From Mycolicibacterium smegmatis (GTDB lineage: Bacteria > Actinomycetota > Actinomycetes > Mycobacteriales > Mycobacteriaceae), in the NCBI RefSeq assembly GCF_001457595.1, contig NZ_LN831039.1, positions 4,950,001 to 4,982,000 on the forward strand: a stretch of 32,000 bases of DNA, given 5' to 3'. Shown here piece after piece: positions 28,536-32,000 of this stretch. The notes under the pieces are model-generated. The model was given only the letters and a program-made list of their open reading frames with translations, was not told the origin of the DNA and made no database searches. Numbering within the stretch: position 1 is the stretch's first letter; each line of letters begins with the position of its first letter. The position numbers and the translations under genes were made by a program.

Positions 28536-29624
28536 TCAAACTCCCAATCCGAGGATGCGTGAGGCGATGATGTTCTTCTGGATCTGCGAGGTGCCGCCCA
28601 TGACGCTCTGGGCGCGGCTGTACAGGTAGGCACTGAGCAGTTCGGGATCCGAGGTCCCGCTGACCGCGAGCGCGGCGTGCCCGACCGACTGTTCGACCCA
28701 CGTCATGAGCAGTTTGTCGAGCGACCCTTGCGGACCGTGCTTGAGCCCGTCGAGTTGTTCGGACAACCGGCGCCGCACGTGCAGGCGCAGCATCTCGGCC
28801 TGCACCGCGGCCCACGCCAGATCCTGGGGCGCACGTCCCTCGACGCGGGACGCCATCTCGCGCACCAGCTTTCCGTAGCGTGCGGAGTAGCCGAGCGTCG
28901 ACGGTTCGCGTTCGTGGCTGACGACGGTCATCGCCAGCGCCCAGCCCTCACCGGGCGCTCCCACCATGTGCGACGCGGGCACCACCGCGTTGTCGAATGT
29001 CACCTGACCGAACTCGGTGGTGACGCCGTTGATCATCTTGAGCGGACGCTGCTGGATGCCGTCCTGGTGCATCGAGATGATGAACGCCGAGATGCCCTTG
29101 TGGCGCGGCACATCCTTGTCGGTGCGCGCCAGCAGCAGGCACCAGTCGGCGACGTCGGAGTAGCTGGTCCAGATCTTGTGGCCGTTGATGATGTAGTTGT
29201 CGCCGTCGCGCGTGGCCGTGGTGATCAGCGACGCCAGGTCCGACCCGGCACCCGGCTCAGAGAAGCCCTGGCACCACCGCTCGGTGCCGTTGATCATGCC
29301 GGGCAGGAACCGCTGCTGCAGTTCCTTGCTGCCGTGGTGTCCCAGGCCGACGACGAGATAGCCGAGGCTGGGCCGCGGCGGCGCACCGGCGCGCGCGAGT
29401 TCCTCGTCGACGATCACGTCGTAGACGGGCGGCAAATCCTGCCCGCCGAACTCGTTGGGCCACGACGTGCCGAAAAACCCTGCGCCGTACAGGGCCTGGT
29501 GCCACTCCCCCTGACGGGCCCAGTAGTCGTCGCCGGAGGCCTTGAACGACGCGGCGTTGTCGGCCAGCCAGGACCGCAACCGGTCGCGGAAGGCCGCTTC
29601 CTCGGGTGAATCACGAAAATCCAA
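28536..29624 (-). CDS. Acyl-CoA dehydrogenase (large-type partner of an alpha/beta FadE pair)
   Basis: ERWCQGFSEPGAGSDLASLITTATRDGDNYIINGHKIWTSYSDVADWCLLLARTD; C-terminal MGGTSQIQKNIIASRILGLG; apparent TTG start. Confidence 0.87.
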   Translation of the reverse strand: MDFRDSPEEAAFRDRLRSWLADNAASFKASGDDYWARQGEWHQALYGAGFFGTSWPNEFGGQDLPPVYDVIVDEELARAGAPPRPSLGYLVVGLGHHGSKELQQRFLPGMINGTERWCQGFSEPGAGSDLASLITTATRDGDNYIINGHKIWTSYSDVADWCLLLARTDKDVPRHKGISAFIISMHQDGIQQRPLKMINGVTTEFGQVTFDNAVVPASHMVGAPGEGWALAMTVVSHEREPSTLGYSARYGKLVREMASRVEGRAPQDLAWAAVQAEMLRLHVRRRLSEQLDGLKHGPQGSLDKLLMTWVEQSVGHAALAVSGTSDPELLSAYLYSRAQSVMGGTSQIQKNIIASRILGLGV

Positions 29625-30441
29625 GATCCGAAACCTCCAAGTCCTCCAGTCCGACGGGCCACAGTTCAGTCGAGGTCAGCGCGCGGCGCAGATACACGTG
29701 TGCCAGGCATTCCCACGTGTTGCCGATACCGCCGTGCACCTGAATGGCGGTCTCGCACACCGTGCGCGCCGCACGCGCGCAGTACACCTTCGCGATCCGG
29801 CCGGCCCGCACGGCCTCATCGGGTTCGAGTTCGTCGACACCCCACGCGGCGTGGCGCAGCACGCTGATCGAACCCTCGATGAGCGCGAGACCTTCGGCCA
29901 ACAGGTGCGCGACGGCCTGGTACGAGCCGATGGTCGAGCCGTACTGTTCCCGCACCTTCGCGTAGTCGACGGCAAGGGCGTGGGCGCCGCGCGCGGCACC
30001 GACCAGATCCGCGCTCGTCGCCGCGAGCGCCAGCGCATGCCAGCGGGCCGCGTCGCCGGCACGCAACTCCGAGAGCTCGGCAGGCGACTGGAGCACGCCC
30101 GCAGCGCTGTTGGTGAGGTCGACACCCGCGGTGCCCGCGGCAGCGTCGGGCACCGCGACCGCACGGCCGAGCCGCTGTGCGAGGTCGTCGGCGAGGATCG
30201 GCCCGAGGAACGGCACGTCGACGAGCCCGCGGGCGAATTCCTCCGCGACGATCGCCACCTCCACACCGGACGCGCCGTCGGATCGCAGCGTGCGCCACTC
30301 GGTGGCGGCCACCGTGTTCTCCAACCGCGCGATGCGGCCGCGGTCCTCCAGTTCGTGGACCGAGCCCGGTCCGAGGTCGTCGGCCAGTTTGGCAGCGGCC
30401 TCTCGCAGCTGCTGCTGTTCAGCCGTCAGACGGACGTCCAT
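29611..30441 (-). CDS. Acyl-CoA dehydrogenase-like protein (short partner of the FadE pair)
   Basis: YAKVREQYGSTIGSYQAVAHLLAEGLALIEG; AIQVHGGIGNTWECLAHVYLRRAL; 276 aa; overlaps both neighbours. Confidence 0.83.
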   Translation of the reverse strand: MDVRLTAEQQQLREAAAKLADDLGPGSVHELEDRGRIARLENTVAATEWRTLRSDGASGVEVAIVAEEFARGLVDVPFLGPILADDLAQRLGRAVAVPDAAAGTAGVDLTNSAAGVLQSPAELSELRAGDAARWHALALAATSADLVGAARGAHALAVDYAKVREQYGSTIGSYQAVAHLLAEGLALIEGSISVLRHAAWGVDELEPDEAVRAGRIAKVYCARAARTVCETAIQVHGGIGNTWECLAHVYLRRALTSTELWPVGLEDLEVSDLGFS

Positions 30442-31798
30442 GCCGCTCCTTCAGCACTCGTCGCAATACCTTTCCGGAAGGCAAGCGGGGTATCTCGGTT
30501 ACGAATTCGACGCGGCGGGGCCGCTTGTACGACGCGAGCCGCGACCCGACGAGGTCGATGAGTTCCTCGGCGGACACCTCGGCACACGTGGCCACGGCCG
30601 CGACCACGGCCTCTCCGTCGGTGTCGTGCGGTTCGCCGAACACCGCGCAGTCGGCGACGGCGGGATGCCCGTGCAGCACGGCCTCCACCTCGGCCGGGGC
30701 GACCTGGAATCCGCGCACCTTGACCATCTCCTTGGCACGGTCGGTGACGTGCAGATACCCGTCGTCGTCGAGGAATCCGATGTCGCCTGTGCGGTACCAG
30801 CCGTCGTCGAAGGCGCCCCCGGTGGCGGACTCGGGTAGGTAGCCGCACATGGCCGATGGTGAACACACCTGGATCTCGCCGGTATCCGCGATGCGCACCC
30901 GTACGCCGCGCACCGGTTTGCCGACGGTCTCGATCCTGGTGTCGTCCAGCGGGTTACACGCGATCACGGGCAGTTCGGTGGTGCCGTATGCGGTGAGCCA
31001 CCGGATCCCGGCACGCGCGGTGATGTCCTCGGCGACGCTGCGCGTGACCGGCGTCGCACACCACATCACGAACCGCAGCGACGACAGGTCGAACCGCTCC
31101 AGGCCGGGATGTGCGGCCAGCGCCAGAGCGATGGGCGCGACGGCCATCTCGATCGTGATGCCGTCGGATTCGATGTGACGCAACATGGTTTCGACGTCGA
31201 ACCGGGGGTGCAGTCGCATCCAGGCGCCGGTGTCGAGCACCATCGCGATGTTGAGCAGGCCCAGGATGTGCGACGGCGGGGTCATGATCTGCATGCGGTC
31301 GGCCGCGGTGAGGCCGAGCGCGTCGCGCCAGTGCTCGATGGCCGCGGCGAACCCGGCGTGGCTGTGGCGCACGGCTTTAGGCATGCCCGTGGTGCCGGAG
31401 CTGAACACGAACAGCGCGTCGGCATCGGGAGCCACTGCGGGGCCGGGGCGTTCGCCGGGTGTGATCGGCTCGTCGAGGTGCACCATCGGCAGGTGTTCGG
31501 CGAGCAGCGGTTGGTCGCCGACCGCGTGGTTTGCACGTGTGAGTTCCAGTGCATGGGCGATCTCGGTGGTTTTCCACGCCGGGCTGATGAGGACCGCGGC
31601 GGCACCGAGGCGCCAGATCGCGCGTAGGGCGATGACGAATTCGGGCCGGTTCGACGACATCATCGCGACCCGGTCTCCCGGTCCGACGCCACGCTGCGCC
31701 AACGTCGCGGCCATGCCGCCGGCGAGCGCGTCGAGTTCGGTGAGGGTGTACTCGCGGTCGCCGAACGCCAGCACGGCGGACTCACCCATGAGCCTCAC
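30419..31798 (-). CDS. AMP-forming acyl-CoA synthetase
   Basis: LFVFSSGTTGMPKAVRHSH, AYGTTELPV, GWYRTGDIGFLDDDGYLHVTDRAKEMVKVRGFQVAPAEVE, PRLPSGKVLRR; 459 aa. Confidence 0.92.
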   Translation of the reverse strand: MRLMGESAVLAFGDREYTLTELDALAGGMAATLAQRGVGPGDRVAMMSSNRPEFVIALRAIWRLGAAAVLISPAWKTTEIAHALELTRANHAVGDQPLLAEHLPMVHLDEPITPGERPGPAVAPDADALFVFSSGTTGMPKAVRHSHAGFAAAIEHWRDALGLTAADRMQIMTPPSHILGLLNIAMVLDTGAWMRLHPRFDVETMLRHIESDGITIEMAVAPIALALAAHPGLERFDLSSLRFVMWCATPVTRSVAEDITARAGIRWLTAYGTTELPVIACNPLDDTRIETVGKPVRGVRVRIADTGEIQVCSPSAMCGYLPESATGGAFDDGWYRTGDIGFLDDDGYLHVTDRAKEMVKVRGFQVAPAEVEAVLHGHPAVADCAVFGEPHDTDGEAVVAAVATCAEVSAEELIDLVGSRLASYKRPRRVEFVTEIPRLPSGKVLRRVLKERHGRPSDG

Positions 31799-31881
31799 CT
31801 GCCGTTTCCACCAGCGCTGACCTCTCGTGACGCGTACCCGCCGCAGCGATGCGACGGCGAGAAGATACTATCATTTCCGGA

Positions 31882-31896
31882 GAATGCTATTCTCGT
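31882..31896. promoter_or_regulatory. Candidate operator GAGAATGCTATTCTC
   Basis: Matches GAGAATNNTATTCTC. Lies between acyl-CoA synthetase (31798, minus) and a plus-strand ORF starting at 31929. Confidence 0.75.
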
Positions 31897-31928
31897 TACA
31901 TCAGAATGCTAGTGCGCAGGGGAGCTCG

Positions 31929-32000
31929 ATGACGGCAGAACCAGTACCCACCGCGGAGCCCGGCGGGAAGGTGACCATCCTGTTCGAGCGTGAGCGGGTG
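31929..32000 (+). CDS. N-terminal fragment of a protein of unknown function, truncated at window edge
   Basis: Open frame MTAEPVPTAEPGGKVTILFERERV from ATG 31929 to window end, preceded by AGGGGAG; divergent from the synthetase. Confidence 0.45.
   Translation, partial: MTAEPVPTAEPGGKVTILFERERV

Noticed and set aside
1-32000. Mobile element, CRISPR array, tRNA/rRNA or toxin-antitoxin signatures
   Set aside because: No transposase or integrase motifs, terminal inverted repeats, regularly spaced repeats or RNA gene signatures were seen. The content looks like a metabolic cluster.

Overview
High-GC actinobacterial (probably mycobacterial) chromosomal window with a dense accessory catabolic gene cluster. 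I support about 29 coding regions. They include crotonase-like proteins, six SDRs (one mycofactocin-coupled type), a fused double-domain class III CoA-transferase, two adjacent M24/creatinase-fold proteins and an amidohydrolase. They also include a P450 with its 3Fe-4S ferredoxin and TetR regulator, a cyclase-family hydrolase, two alpha/beta hydrolases, an LLM flavoprotein, and two 3-ketosteroid-Delta1-dehydrogenase-like flavoproteins. An MhpA-type ring hydroxylase and an MhpB-type extradiol dioxygenase lie next to an IclR regulator. A MeaB-type GTPase, a two-subunit-style acyl-CoA dehydrogenase pair and an acyl-CoA synthetase complete the set. Main observations: (1) a previously unannotated 15-bp operator-like motif GAGAATNNTATTCTC occurs four times, each in a divergent promoter gap, linking distant blocks into one candidate TetR regulon; (2) the gene content suggests a pathway that oxidises an alicyclic ring, aromatises it with KstD-like enzymes and opens it by extradiol cleavage; (3) two overlapping M24-fold genes pair a copy with intact metal ligands with a copy that has lost most of them; (4) all three crotonase-fold proteins lack the canonical catalytic glutamate pair. 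No RNA genes, CRISPR arrays or mobile elements were identified. All family calls come from reading motifs and were not checked against a database.
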